From a virus: a stretch of 64,000 nt of DNA. This document shows positions 1 through 11,358 of the stretch, piece after piece (the stretch's first letter is position 1; the number at the start of each line of letters is the position of its first letter). The DNA lies in the IMG/VR virus record IMGVR_UViG_3300022890_000011, positions 64,001 through 128,000 of that record, one strand, 5' to 3'. Under the pieces are notes generated by a model that made no database searches, had not been told where the DNA came from, and was given only the letters and a program-made list of their open reading frames with translations. Position numbers and translations under genes: made by a program.

Positions 1-152
1 AATCAGATAAATACTCAGAAAAACAAAAAGATGAAATGAGAGACATTTTAAAGGAAAGAGGTGTTAGGATTAGAAGTGAATTTGAGGAAGATTATAAAAC
101 AGATAAAGAAATGGAAAAAGAAGCTGAAGAAGCAGTAAAAAAAGTTAAATAA

Positions 153-776
153 ATGTTAACATATAAACTATTTTTAGAATCCACGCATTGTTTTAATTGC
201 GTGGATTGTCATAAAAAGATAAAAGTAAATACCAAAGATTATTATATGGTACATGATCATATTTGGGAAGAAGGAGTACAAGAAGAAAATAGAGGTAATT
301 TAATATGTTTAGATTGTTTAGAAAAAAGATTGGGTAGGAAGTTAAAGATAGAAGATTTTACAGATTATCCTGTTAATGAACCAATTAAAGATGAATTGAA
401 TGAAGGTTTATTTACTGATTATAAAAAGAAGTTTAAGACAAAATACGAAGATTTATTAAAAGAACACTTACATGAAGATATAATTTTTATTGTTAAAGTA
501 ATACAACGGAAAGGAATTAAACAAATAACTAAAAGATTAAGTGAAATACATAAAGTTAAAGCCAAAAATATTTTGGAAGTTTATTTAAAATTTCCTAAAA
601 TATCACATATTTATTCTTATATGTCATATCATGATGAACATACGATGAATACACAAAAATTAAGAAATTTGATTCTTCTTTTAAAAGAACAAAAAACTCT
701 TGGTGAAGAAATTTATTTCACAGAAAGTAATAATGGCTTGTGTATAAAATTATATATTGATAAAAATGGGAAATAA
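153..776 (+). CDS. Phage hypothetical protein with N-terminal Cys-rich putative Zn-binding domain
   Basis: CVDC...YYMVHDHIW...CLDCLEKRLGRKL..EDF; N-terminus MLTYKLFLES belongs to the capsid-targeting-like family. Confidence 0.5.
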   Translation: MLTYKLFLESTHCFNCVDCHKKIKVNTKDYYMVHDHIWEEGVQEENRGNLICLDCLEKRLGRKLKIEDFTDYPVNEPIKDELNEGLFTDYKKKFKTKYEDLLKEHLHEDIIFIVKVIQRKGIKQITKRLSEIHKVKAKNILEVYLKFPKISHIYSYMSYHDEHTMNTQKLRNLILLLKEQKTLGEEIYFTESNNGLCIKLYIDKNGK

Positions 777-1098
777 AATAAATCCAATTGCAATTAAATC
801 GCTAAAAAAATTTTTAGAAGAATATTTTAAAAGATTTAGTATCTCACCTTTTTTAAGTTTTACACATGGTTCTTATTTTATTCAATGTAGAGTTGAAAAT
901 AGTTTGAATTTTGATGAAACTCTTAAACTTATTGATATGGTTGAAACTTTAAATAGAGAAAACAATCTTTTACATCCTGCTATATTAGGTTGTATTGTCA
1001 ATTACCATCAACCTTCTATTGAATTAAGATTTTCAATAGATGCAGTAGAAACAAAATTTAGACATTTAATTGAAGCTGATAAAATGAATTTAATATAA
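757..1098 (+). CDS. Hypothetical protein with C-terminal KLGL-type tail
   Basis: Ends EADKMNLI*. Confidence 0.5.
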   Translation: MIKMGNKINPIAIKSLKKFLEEYFKRFSISPFLSFTHGSYFIQCRVENSLNFDETLKLIDMVETLNRENNLLHPAILGCIVNYHQPSIELRFSIDAVETKFRHLIEADKMNLI

Positions 1099-1448
1099 TG
1101 AGACACCTAAAAACATATTTTGAGTCTTACGATGAATCGAATGACGAATTTAACGAAGAAATAATTGATAATTTTGATGAAGTTAGTGAAGAAATTATTG
1201 ACATAATTAAAAATATCGAAAATAAAACCACTGACATTGAAAGCGCGATGGAAAAATTAGACTTTATGATAGAAGGTTCTGGAGTAGAAACTATTAATAA
1301 GGGGGAAGAAGAGGATGATTATTGGTTAAATATAAAATCAATTTATGTTAATATTGGAGATCCTGATATGAAAACAATCTTTTATAATGTAGAAGATAGT
1401 GAGTGGTATTGTAAAAGTTACAATGAGTATATTAAAAAAGAGGATTAA
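1098..1448 (+). CDS. Acidic hypothetical protein, capsid-targeting-like N-terminus
   Basis: Starts MRHLKTYFES; TAATG-coupled to the upstream ORF. Confidence 0.5.
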   Translation: MRHLKTYFESYDESNDEFNEEIIDNFDEVSEEIIDIIKNIENKTTDIESAMEKLDFMIEGSGVETINKGEEEDDYWLNIKSIYVNIGDPDMKTIFYNVEDSEWYCKSYNEYIKKED

Positions 1449-2476
1449 TCCTCTTTTTTTATTCTATTATAATCAATTATAATATTTATTTTAAACAATA
1501 ATGGTTGCCTTTGTTTTTTGGTTAATAATAAACCTTTGTTCTTTATTCTTATGATTTCTCCATTTTTTGTTTCTTTTGGAATAGTAAATTTATATTTTTT
1601 ATTGTCTAAATGTTTATGTTCATACTTATATCCATTAATAGCATCTTCATAATGTACATCTAATTGATAAATTAAACCATTTTTTAAAGGTTGATATTTT
1701 TCATCTGGAATATAATTAATAAGTAAAACTAAATTACCCACTTTACCTGGATAGTATTTAGAATGATGTCCATAACCTGATAAATATTCTTTACTTGAAC
1801 CTGTTAATTTGTATATATTATCTAAATTAAATTTAACTTGTTTTATTTTTACTTTATCACCGTTACAAGTTTTACAAGTGTCTGTAAAAATTTTTCCTAT
1901 ACCTTGACATTGAGGGCATTGTACGATCATTCTAGTTCCTTTAAATTTTGGGTCTTGTCCAGTGCCATCACAAACTTCACATATTTCTGAATGACCATTT
2001 TTATCAAACCCTGTTCCATCACAATCTTCACAACTTATATATCTTTGATAATCTACTTCAGTTGTTTTATTATTATAAACATCAGCAAGAGTTACATCAA
2101 TTTGTTGTTGTATATCTAAATCTTCTCTAAATCCTTGTTGATCTCTAAAACCTCTATTACCACCAAAAAATGAATCAAAAATATCTTGTGGACTTCCACC
2201 AAATGGATTAAAACCTCCACTACCTGGAAAACCAAATCCTCCCGTTGGGTTATAATTTGCACCATGGGGACTCATCATATCATACTGTTCTCTATTTTTA
2301 TTAAGAATAGTATTAGCTTCGTTAGCTTCTTTGAATTTTTCTTCTAATTCTTTGTCACCTTTTGTTTTGTCTGGATGATATTTTACAGCAAGTTTTCTGT
2401 AAGCTTTTTTAATATCTTCTTCTGAAGCGTCTTTTGTAACATCTAATATTTTGTAATAATCTTTATTTGGATCCAT
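1445..2476 (-). CDS. dnaJ: DnaJ/Hsp40 co-chaperone
   Basis: J-domain with HPD, G/F-rich linker, four CxxCxGxG-type Zn-finger repeats, C-terminal substrate-binding domain. Confidence 0.95.
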   Translation of the reverse strand: MDPNKDYYKILDVTKDASEEDIKKAYRKLAVKYHPDKTKGDKELEEKFKEANEANTILNKNREQYDMMSPHGANYNPTGGFGFPGSGGFNPFGGSPQDIFDSFFGGNRGFRDQQGFREDLDIQQQIDVTLADVYNNKTTEVDYQRYISCEDCDGTGFDKNGHSEICEVCDGTGQDPKFKGTRMIVQCPQCQGIGKIFTDTCKTCNGDKVKIKQVKFNLDNIYKLTGSSKEYLSGYGHHSKYYPGKVGNLVLLINYIPDEKYQPLKNGLIYQLDVHYEDAINGYKYEHKHLDNKKYKFTIPKETKNGEIIRIKNKGLLLTKKQRQPLLFKINIIIDYNRIKKED

Positions 2477-2553
2477 AGTTTAATGATTTTCGTTATAATT
2501 TATATTATAGTACAATATAAGAAAAAAGTATGAATTTAAAAAATAAATTTATT

Positions 2554-2582
2554 AAAAAAGCCATTTTTAAAATGGCTTTTTT
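2554..2582. terminator. Intrinsic terminator closing the T9SS-cargo operon
   Basis: AAAAAAGCCATTT-TTA-AAATGGCTTTTTT inverted repeat with A/T tails just downstream of the minus-strand gene ending at 2601. Confidence 0.75.
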
Positions 2583-2600
2583 ATTTATTATAAATAATTT

Positions 2601-5600
2601 TTATCTTATTACTGTTACAGCACCAACTTCTACATGTTCTACACCTAAATGGTCTTTAAATATACAATACCAAGCATATACACCATTTTTAACATAATCA
2701 TTTATTTTACCATCCCATGTTTCTTTTATATCAAAGGATTCAAAAATCATTTCACCCCATCTATCATATATGAGTAAATTAAAGTCATTATTTATATTTT
2801 TGCCATATACTCTAAAATAATCATTTATACCATCATTGTCTGGTGAAAATGCTGTTGGTGCATAAAATGTGTATTGGTCTTGAACCTGTATATCTGTGTA
2901 TATTGTATCTCTACAATCATGATTTGTTGTAACTATTAGTTGAAGTATATAAGTTCCAGAATAATATGGATATACATGTATTGGGTTAACAATCGTAGAA
3001 TATTTACCATCACCAAAAATCCAATAATTTGTGACATTTAATAATGACATATTATTTATATAAATAGTTGGATTTATTATATTTACTATTTCATTATCAA
3101 CAATAAATTTAGCAGTTGGTAATGGATATACAGTTATCATATTAGTAATTGTGTTTGTATTTGAACAACCTTCTGATGAAGTTACAGTTAATGATATATC
3201 ATATACACCATAATCTTCAAATGTGTATGTTGGTGAATTACTATATGAAAAATTATCTCCAAAATCCCAAACATATGTCTGATTACTATCTAGACTTATT
3301 TCAAGAAAATTAACAGTAAGTGGTTGACACCCGCTCATAATATTAGATGACATGCTTATTGTAGGTTTATCATACACATTTATTGTATATGATTGTGTAG
3401 CTGTTGAACCACAATTGTCTGTTACAGTAAAATTATATGTTGTTGTTTGACTAGGATATGTAATATACGGTGAACTTTCATTATTATTATTTATTAGTAT
3501 TGTATATGGTGGTACTCCTAATGAAGGTGAAATGTTTATAGTTGCAGGTTCCCCTGGACAAACATAATCAGTATTTGAAAATATTGATAGTTGTACTGAT
3601 GTAGAAACTCCTATTGTTGTTGAAACATAATTACTTAAACAACCATTAGCATCTTCAATATGAACTACATATGTTGTTTCTATTATAGGTGATACATCAA
3701 TATTATTTATGGTTGTACTTGTGTTACTCCAAACATAATTGAATGGTAGTATACCACCAATACTTGATACTGAAATATTTGTACTTTGACCATTACATAT
3801 AGTGTGATCAGGTGTCATTGAAATAATTATTTCTGTTGGTTCATCTATTGTAAAATTAGTTGTAATTGAACAATCATTTAAATCTGTTATTATAATTGTA
3901 TACATACCAGGTGTTAAATTATTAAAATTTCCTGTTGATTGTGATGTACCATTAATAGAATATGTTAATGGTTGAACTCCTCCAGAAGCATTAATATTTA
4001 TATTTCCATTATTATATCCATAACAAGTTATATTTGTTGATGATTGAGTATTTATTATAATTTCAGGTGGTTCGTTTATTATTATTGGACTTATTATAGT
4101 ACAACCATTTAAATCTGTTATCAAAACATCATAAGTATTTGCACTTAATCCAAAGAAACAACCACTTAAATTTGTAACTATTCCTATATTATATGTTAAT
4201 GGTGGTAAACCACCAGAGCCAGTTATTGTAATTGTACCATTATTATTTCCAAAACAATCAACATTAGTTGAAGATATAGAATTAACAGTTAATATAGTGT
4301 TTTCATATATTGTTGAAGTTATTGAATCAGTACAACCATTTGAATCTGTTACTGTTACATTTATATCGCCATCACAAAGATTTATAGCTGTTTGTGTGGT
4401 TTGTGAATCATTCCAAAAATATGTATAGTTTGGTGTTCCACCATTTACTGTTACTGTAGCATCACCATCACAAAAACCGAAACAAGTAATATTTGTTGTA
4501 GAAATTGTTGCAGTTGGTTCTTCAAATATTTCAATATCAAATATAGTTACATCATTACAAGAATTTAGTATTGCCGTTTGTGTAATTGAATATATGCCAG
4601 GTGTGTTCCAAGTTATTCCAGTTGGATTTTCTGTTGTATCGTTTAATATTGAACCACCTGGAAAAGACCAAGTCCAATGTATAATTCCTCCAGTATCACC
4701 AGTATTCGTAAAATCAAATGAATTACCATTTAAACATTGATTAGGGTTTGTAATAAAACCTGATATAACATTACCAGTAGCACCAACAGTAACTATTTCT
4801 GTTTCAGTACAACCATTATCATCTGTAATTGTGATAATATATGGTCCTGCTGATAAACTATCAAACACATTAGTAGAAACTTGTCCTGAGCCTATATCAT
4901 ATAATAATGGTGGTGTTCCGCCATTAACTATAATAGTTACACTACCATCAGATAGACCACAAGTTTCTGGTGTGTTTGTTGATGTTATAGTTAATAATAT
5001 AGGATCAATTATAGTTATACTTGTAGATCCTGTACAACCCATATCATCAGTTACTATTACAGTATAAGTTCCTGCATTTAATCCTGTTATATTTTGAGTT
5101 GTGTCTGTATTTGACCACAAATAAGTATAAGGACCTGTTCCTGTTGTCATATTTAGTATTCCGCCTGTTCCATCAAAACTCCCACAACATAAAGGATTAG
5201 TAAATATAGAATCAACTATTAAATCAGGTAAAACAGTAACAGTAGTTGGAAATCGACAACTTACAGGCATCCATCCACATGATAAGCCAGGATTAACTAT
5301 ATCAACTGTTGATGTTTGGCAAATCCAGTCAATTTCTGTATTAGTATCTGTATTCCCTATTCTTTGTAAACTTGTATTTACTCCAGAACAAGGTAAAATG
5401 GCACCATTACCAATCCACTCTGGTCCTATTGTAATATTAAAACCATTAATTGTGGTATTCATACTGGCTATTTCCGCAGCAGACCATCCCCAAACACAAA
5501 AATCTACAACATTACCAACATCATCAATAATAATTGACCAACTTTGACTTGTTCCATTCCAAAAAATATTATTTCCCCAGTAATTAGCTGGATATCCAGA

Positions 5601-6653
5601 ATCATCACATCTCCAAACAACTGAACATGCAGTAAATGAAGAAGGTAGTTGCCAAAGTATTGAGTTTACAGAATTTATATCAGAATAAGAATCGCTAACT
5701 GCAGCAACCCAACCTGTAGTATTAATAGTTGTAGAATATAAATTAGAAATTTCAAGATAATCTTCACTACCAGAACCTCCCATAAATCCTTCTAATCCAG
5801 ATTCTGTGATTAGTATTGTACCAACTGTAGATGTTTGTCCTGTGGTTTGTGTCCAATATGTTGTAGTTGTTGTTAATGGAGGTGTTGTATAAACACCTGT
5901 TGTATCTAAAAGATTACCACCAATTTGGTCACTCCACCATTCATAATTTCCTAAAAGACCAGTTGCTGTAAGTGTGGTAAAATCGCCTGCACAAAGAGTT
6001 GTATTTCCAGTAATAGTAGGTGCTGGAATTACTTCAATTAAAAATGTATCTGAAACAATAATTCCTGGACAAACATCACATCTAACTTCGATAGTAAAAG
6101 TTGTAGTAGTTGGAGGAGAAGCATAATAAACGGATGTTGTGCTCCATGGTTGTATCACAGTTGCACCGTCTAAAATTTGATATTCATAATTGCCTGTACA
6201 ACCACCATTAATGGTAAAATTAATCGTATCTTGACCACCACCACAATTCATTATTACTTGTGGGTCTGGAGTAACAGAAGTTGGTCCACATGGGGGAGGT
6301 GGACAGTTTGCGATAACATTATTAATATTTGCACTAACACTACCACTGCCAACTAGAGTCCCCTGACTATCAGTTAATGTAAAATGACATTCTGAGGTCC
6401 ATGAACCAATAGGGTTAAATATTATATCTATATCATCTCCAAGATTAACAGGAACATCATAACAGACAGGTCCTGACCCAGTAGTGAAAGCAGGGCCGTA
6501 AGTTGCAACTAATGCCCCATTTACAAAAACATCGATTGTGTTACCATTCCAGCCATCACCATAGTCATCTGTTAGACAAACCTCATAAATGCATTGACTA
6601 TTAACAATTAAAGTACTTAAAAATATTGCAATTAAAAAAATTATTTTTTTCAT
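2601..6653 (-). CDS. Large secreted PKD/SprB-repeat adhesin-like protein with T9SS type B (gliding-motility-associated) C-terminal domain
   Basis: Sec signal MKKIIFLIAIF; SprB-like repeats (GGTPPYTY..W / L.AG.Y.V..TD.NGC); PKD WDFGD; C-terminal PTAFSPDNDGIND...IYDRWGE...G.VTVIR. Confidence 0.9.
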   Translation of the reverse strand: MKKIIFLIAIFLSTLIVNSQCIYEVCLTDDYGDGWNGNTIDVFVNGALVATYGPAFTTGSGPVCYDVPVNLGDDIDIIFNPIGSWTSECHFTLTDSQGTLVGSGSVSANINNVIANCPPPPCGPTSVTPDPQVIMNCGGGQDTINFTINGGCTGNYEYQILDGATVIQPWSTTSVYYASPPTTTTFTIEVRCDVCPGIIVSDTFLIEVIPAPTITGNTTLCAGDFTTLTATGLLGNYEWWSDQIGGNLLDTTGVYTTPPLTTTTTYWTQTTGQTSTVGTILITESGLEGFMGGSGSEDYLEISNLYSTTINTTGWVAAVSDSYSDINSVNSILWQLPSSFTACSVVWRCDDSGYPANYWGNNIFWNGTSQSWSIIIDDVGNVVDFCVWGWSAAEIASMNTTINGFNITIGPEWIGNGAILPCSGVNTSLQRIGNTDTNTEIDWICQTSTVDIVNPGLSCGWMPVSCRFPTTVTVLPDLIVDSIFTNPLCCGSFDGTGGILNMTTGTGPYTYLWSNTDTTQNITGLNAGTYTVIVTDDMGCTGSTSITIIDPILLTITSTNTPETCGLSDGSVTIIVNGGTPPLLYDIGSGQVSTNVFDSLSAGPYIITITDDNGCTETEIVTVGATGNVISGFITNPNQCLNGNSFDFTNTGDTGGIIHWTWSFPGGSILNDTTENPTGITWNTPGIYSITQTAILNSCNDVTIFDIEIFEEPTATISTTNITCFGFCDGDATVTVNGGTPNYTYFWNDSQTTQTAINLCDGDINVTVTDSNGCTDSITSTIYENTILTVNSISSTNVDCFGNNNGTITITGSGGLPPLTYNIGIVTNLSGCFFGLSANTYDVLITDLNGCTIISPIIINEPPEIIINTQSSTNITCYGYNNGNININASGGVQPLTYSINGTSQSTGNFNNLTPGMYTIIITDLNDCSITTNFTIDEPTEIIISMTPDHTICNGQSTNISVSSIGGILPFNYVWSNTSTTINNIDVSPIIETTYVVHIEDANGCLSNYVSTTIGVSTSVQLSIFSNTDYVCPGEPATINISPSLGVPPYTILINNNNESSPYITYPSQTTTYNFTVTDNCGSTATQSYTINVYDKPTISMSSNIMSGCQPLTVNFLEISLDSNQTYVWDFGDNFSYSNSPTYTFEDYGVYDISLTVTSSEGCSNTNTITNMITVYPLPTAKFIVDNEIVNIINPTIYINNMSLLNVTNYWIFGDGKYSTIVNPIHVYPYYSGTYILQLIVTTNHDCRDTIYTDIQVQDQYTFYAPTAFSPDNDGINDYFRVYGKNINNDFNLLIYDRWGEMIFESFDIKETWDGKINDYVKNGVYAWYCIFKDHLGVEHVEVGAVTVIR

Positions 6654-6676
6654 TTTATTTATTTATTTATTTTTAT

Positions 6677-9600
6677 TTATCTAATTAGTGTTACTACACC
6701 TGTATGTTCATTATAGACATCGTTATCTAATTTAAATTTACATAACCAAGTATATACACCATTTTTTACTATTTCTTTACTATTATTTCTTACACGACCG
6801 TTCCAACCTTCATTTATATCATTAGTTTCAAATATAATTTCTCCCCATCTATCAAACACATATAATGTAAAATTACTTTTTGTATTTATACCATTACCAA
6901 AGACTCTAAAATAATCATTAATTCCATCAAAATCTGGTGAAAATGCTGTAGGTGCATAAAACGTATATTCATTTGTAATAGTTATTTCCATGTATACAGT
7001 ATCTCTACAACCTTTATCACTTTCCGCAATTAATTGTACATTATATGTACCTGTTGGGTATGTTGGATAAACATGATATGGATTTATCATAGTTGAACCT
7101 GATTCATCTCCAAAATCCCAGTAATATTTTATTGCACCTTCTGAATAATTATTAAAATATATAGTAGGATTTATAATACTAACTATTTGTGGATCTGCTA
7201 TAAATGCGGCTTTCGGTACTTTATATACATATATTAGATTATTTATTGTTTGTGTATTTACACAATTATTTGAATCAGATACTTGTAAAGTAACATCATA
7301 TATACCACTTTCATTATATTCGTATATTGGACTATTACTATAAGATACCGAGTTATCTCCAAAATTCCATAACAAATTACCATTATTTGAACTATTAAAT
7401 GATACTGTTAATGGTACACAACCACTTATTATATCACTTGAAAATGAAACTATAGGTAAATCATATACTGTAAAATCAATACTTGCATCATCAATAGAAC
7501 CACACATATCAGTTATTGTAAATGTTATAGTTTCACTTTGATTAGGATAATGAAAATATGGAGTAGTTATTGTATTACCATTATAAGTAATTACATATGG
7601 TGGTACTCCAGAAGAGCCAACTAATTCTATATATACTTTTTCTCCGATACAAAGACTTGCATCAGTAGGTATTACTGTTAAATTAACACCTGGTTGTATA
7701 TTAACAACTGTTGAAACTACATTACCAAGACAGCCATTAACGTCTGTAACTTGACATACATAACTTGTATTTGATGTTGGAGAAACTATAATATTTGGTG
7801 TATTATCCATATGAGCCCATAAATAATTATATGGTGGGTTACCGCCAATAATGGTAACAGAAATATTTGCGTTTGCACCATTGCATATTGTTTGATTAGG
7901 TGTAATATTTACAATTATTTCATCTGGTTCAATTAATGTAAATGGTGTAGTAATTGAACATCCATTATCATCTGTTATAGTTATATTATATATATCAGGA
8001 GATAAATTAACAAAATTACCACTTGTTGATGAATAAGAACCAAAATTATATGTTAATGTACCTATACCACCACTCGCATTAATAGTTATTGTTCCGTCAT
8101 CATAATTATAACAAGTTGAATTTGTAAATGATTGGTTATCAATAACTATTGCATTTGGTTCAGTAATTATAATTTCTTGTGTCACTGAACAATTATTACA
8201 ATCAGTTATAGTAACATTATATGTATCAGCACCTAAACCAAAAAATTGTCCTGTTTGATTAGTTATACCTCCAAGTGAGTATGTAATAGGAGAACAACCA
8301 CCTGATGCAATAGTAGTTATTGTTCCATCGATATTACCATTACAAGAAGGTTCTGTAAATAGAAAATTATCTATATTGATTGGATTTGCTGCATTAACAA
8401 TTCCATTATTTATTGATGTGCAATTATTTGCGTCAGTTATTGTAACATCATAATTATTAGGACATAAACCAATTATTGTTTGTGTTATATCTGTAGTATT
8501 CCATTCATATGTATAAGGATTATTTCCATTTAATGGATTTGCTGTTGCTGTTCCATCACATAAATTTACACAAGTTTCATCTGTAGTTATAACTGTTACA
8601 AATGGCATTTCAAACACTTCAATTGTTAATGTATCAGTATCGTTACAACCTCCAAGATGTGTTGTTTGCGTTACATCATATTGTCCGGGAATAGTCCATG
8701 TTACGCCTGTTGGATTTTCATTTGCTGAAGACGACGGTGTTCCACCTGAAAAAGACCATGTCCATGTAATTCCACCACCTGTATCTCCTGTATTTGTAAA
8801 ATTAAAAGAATTACCTATTAAACATTGATCTATACTGGTAGTAAAACCTGAAGCAACAGAACCACTTGTACCTACTGTTACTAATTCTGTGATAGTGCAA
8901 CCATTAACATCTGTAATTGTAATGGTGTATGGACCTGCAAGAAGACTTGTAAAATTGCCTGTTGCCTGTCCGCCTGAGCCAATATTATAGCTTAAAGCTC
9001 CTGTTCCTCCTGTTGCAGTAACAGATATTGCACCATCTGATGATCCACATACTTCCGGTGTAGAACCCGAAGAAGATACTGTTATTTCTGGAGGAATTGT
9101 AACACTGATATTTATTACGTTCGGTGCACAAGTTGGATCGGTTACTGTTAAAGTAATATTTGGCGTTGAACCAGATGTGGAATAAGTTACAGTATGTGGT
9201 CCAACTGTATTTGCTGTAGCTAGAGTTGCCCCTGTTCCAAAATTCCATACATAAGTAGCACCAGGGTCAACAGTTCCCGGAACATAAGTAAATGTAATAG
9301 GTGAATCATAACAGTCTGGTGTCGTTGCAGTAATACTACCGGGAGGCGTTACACAACCCATGCAAGGAGCAGGAGCAGTATATGTTATAGTATAATTACA
9401 ACCATCATCAGTAAAATAAGAGTATAAAGTATGTGTGAGACCATCAGCCGGAATACCAGTTATACTAAAATTAGTAGGACTAAAAAAGTTTGGAGTAGGT
9501 ATAAAAGAATCAAAAAAACCGGGACCTGCATCGTCTTCAATAATTAAACTTCCTGTTGCAGGTGGATTAATATATACAATCGTACCTGTAATATCATAAG

Positions 9601-10159
9601 TATTTGTAACAGGATCACATGGACCAACATTTACTGTAATATTTGTCATTGTACAAGGAACAACAATACTGCAATCAGTTTCGCCGGTACTTGTTCCAGA
9701 TGAAAATTCCACATCAGTTGTACTATTAGAATAATTTGTTAAAAGAAACATATAAAATTCACCAACTTGGGCATTTGGAATATAACAATCTTCCACAGAC
9801 GCTGTGCTATAGCTACAATCTACAGTGTTACCAGCTGTTAATCCTGCTGTACATGCACCTGTTGCAGTAGTAAATGGTCCCCAACATATAAAATCAATAT
9901 CATACACACCAGGAGTTGATTCCATATGAATATTAATATTTCCCGCTACAGAAATCTGTAAAAAATACCAAACCGGATTTGGTTGTGTTAACAAACAACC
10001 ATAGTCTGGTCCTGTTTCTGAAGATGTTCCGGTTGCTAAAGGATAGTTATAAACCGAATCTGTACAAAATGGCTCTGCATCATTGCAAAAGGGTTGCTGT
10101 GCGTAACTTGTTATTCCAAATACTAATAGTAATATTAGTAAATTAATTATTTTTTTCAT
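6677..10159 (-). CDS. Second PKD/SprB-repeat protein with T9SS type B CTD (paralog of 2601..6653)
   Basis: Signal peptide; shared block QC..GNSF.FTNTGDTGG; PKD; PTAFSPDFDGIND...FDRWGE...VTLIR. Confidence 0.9.
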   Translation of the reverse strand: MKKIINLLILLLVFGITSYAQQPFCNDAEPFCTDSVYNYPLATGTSSETGPDYGCLLTQPNPVWYFLQISVAGNINIHMESTPGVYDIDFICWGPFTTATGACTAGLTAGNTVDCSYSTASVEDCYIPNAQVGEFYMFLLTNYSNSTTDVEFSSGTSTGETDCSIVVPCTMTNITVNVGPCDPVTNTYDITGTIVYINPPATGSLIIEDDAGPGFFDSFIPTPNFFSPTNFSITGIPADGLTHTLYSYFTDDGCNYTITYTAPAPCMGCVTPPGSITATTPDCYDSPITFTYVPGTVDPGATYVWNFGTGATLATANTVGPHTVTYSTSGSTPNITLTVTDPTCAPNVINISVTIPPEITVSSSGSTPEVCGSSDGAISVTATGGTGALSYNIGSGGQATGNFTSLLAGPYTITITDVNGCTITELVTVGTSGSVASGFTTSIDQCLIGNSFNFTNTGDTGGGITWTWSFSGGTPSSSANENPTGVTWTIPGQYDVTQTTHLGGCNDTDTLTIEVFEMPFVTVITTDETCVNLCDGTATANPLNGNNPYTYEWNTTDITQTIIGLCPNNYDVTITDANNCTSINNGIVNAANPINIDNFLFTEPSCNGNIDGTITTIASGGCSPITYSLGGITNQTGQFFGLGADTYNVTITDCNNCSVTQEIIITEPNAIVIDNQSFTNSTCYNYDDGTITINASGGIGTLTYNFGSYSSTSGNFVNLSPDIYNITITDDNGCSITTPFTLIEPDEIIVNITPNQTICNGANANISVTIIGGNPPYNYLWAHMDNTPNIIVSPTSNTSYVCQVTDVNGCLGNVVSTVVNIQPGVNLTVIPTDASLCIGEKVYIELVGSSGVPPYVITYNGNTITTPYFHYPNQSETITFTITDMCGSIDDASIDFTVYDLPIVSFSSDIISGCVPLTVSFNSSNNGNLLWNFGDNSVSYSNSPIYEYNESGIYDVTLQVSDSNNCVNTQTINNLIYVYKVPKAAFIADPQIVSIINPTIYFNNYSEGAIKYYWDFGDESGSTMINPYHVYPTYPTGTYNVQLIAESDKGCRDTVYMEITITNEYTFYAPTAFSPDFDGINDYFRVFGNGINTKSNFTLYVFDRWGEIIFETNDINEGWNGRVRNNSKEIVKNGVYTWLCKFKLDNDVYNEHTGVVTLIR

Positions 10160-10496
10160 TTCTTTCTTTTTTATTTAATTTTTCATCATACTTTTTTTCC
10201 ATGAATATATTTCTATCTTGAATTGCATCGTTTAATGCAGGTTTAAATGCATTTTCAATCCAGTCAAGTTTAAATGATTCTTTATATTCATCTTTACTAT
10301 ATAAAACATGTTCATACTTTTTAAGTACATCAGCAATTCTTTTATTATAATACTCTATTTTATTCATATTTGAATAGTCTTCATATTTATATTCTACTTT
10401 AGTCATTTCCCATAATTTTTCATTTATCTTATACTCTTGCGAATATAAAACTATTGAAAATATACATATTAGCATTATCATAATTATTTTTTTCAT
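10143..10496 (-). CDS. Small secreted hypothetical protein
   Basis: MKKIIMIMLICIFSIVLYSQE signal peptide; lies inside the T9SS-cargo operon. Confidence 0.6.
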   Translation of the reverse strand: MKKIIMIMLICIFSIVLYSQEYKINEKLWEMTKVEYKYEDYSNMNKIEYYNKRIADVLKKYEHVLYSKDEYKESFKLDWIENAFKPALNDAIQDRNIFMEKKYDEKLNKKERNEKNN

Positions 10497-10505
10497 CTTT
10501 TTTAT

Positions 10506-11330
10506 TTATTTTTTAATTAATGTTACTGTTCCTTGTTTTTCTATCCATTTACCATTATCATCTTGAACTGATAAAATCCATACATATACACCTTTTATAT
10601 TATTTTTACCATCCCAACTAAAATCTGGGTTTACAGATTCAAATACTAATTCACCCCATCTATTATAAATCATAAGTTTATATCTTAAATATTCGAGATT
10701 TGTTCCTATAATATTAAATTCATCATTTTTACCATCATTATTTGGTGTGAATGCATTAGGCAAATAATAAGTAGGTGTTGGAGTATATACTACTATGGTT
10801 GTATCGATAAATATTGAATTATCATCTACTGAATCGAGTTTCAATTCAATATATAATTCTTCATTTTCTTTTAATTTATTTTCTTGAAGAAATTCTTCTA
10901 ATTCTTCTAATTCTTCTACTTCTAATTCTTCTACTTCTAATTCTTCTTCGAAATTAACATCAGTAAAAATAGGTTCTTCTAATTGTATTTCAATATTATT
11001 TTCAACTAAAGGTATAATTTCTTTTGAATTGGTTTTAAATTTAGTTGCAACTTCTTTTTTAACTTCAATTGGTGATAAATATATTTCTTTAAAAATTGGT
11101 ATTTTTGTTTCAACTATAGTTTTGGTTAGATTGATAGGTTTATAATTGTAATAGAATATACCACTAGTAATCAGAAGTATTGTAATAATTGAGTAAATTA
11201 TATATTTTGTGTTTTTATATTTTATGTTTTTATTAGGAAGTTTCTTTTTGAATTTTTTCCATGATGAATTATCATAAGGTGATTTGTAATTTTCTACTTT
11301 GTTTTTGATTATTGAATAAAATCCGTCCAT
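10506..11330 (-). CDS. Single-pass membrane protein with T9SS type B CTD (anti-sigma-like N-terminus)
   Basis: N-terminal PYDNSSWKKF, one TM helix, acidic linker with ELEVE repeats, PNAFTPNNDGKND...YNRWGE...GTVTLIKK. Confidence 0.75.
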   Translation of the reverse strand: MDGFYSIIKNKVENYKSPYDNSSWKKFKKKLPNKNIKYKNTKYIIYSIITILLITSGIFYYNYKPINLTKTIVETKIPIFKEIYLSPIEVKKEVATKFKTNSKEIIPLVENNIEIQLEEPIFTDVNFEEELEVEELEVEELEELEEFLQENKLKENEELYIELKLDSVDDNSIFIDTTIVVYTPTPTYYLPNAFTPNNDGKNDEFNIIGTNLEYLRYKLMIYNRWGELVFESVNPDFSWDGKNNIKGVYVWILSVQDDNGKWIEKQGTVTLIKK

Positions 11331-11358
11331 GTTTAAAAATTTTTTACTTATATTATAT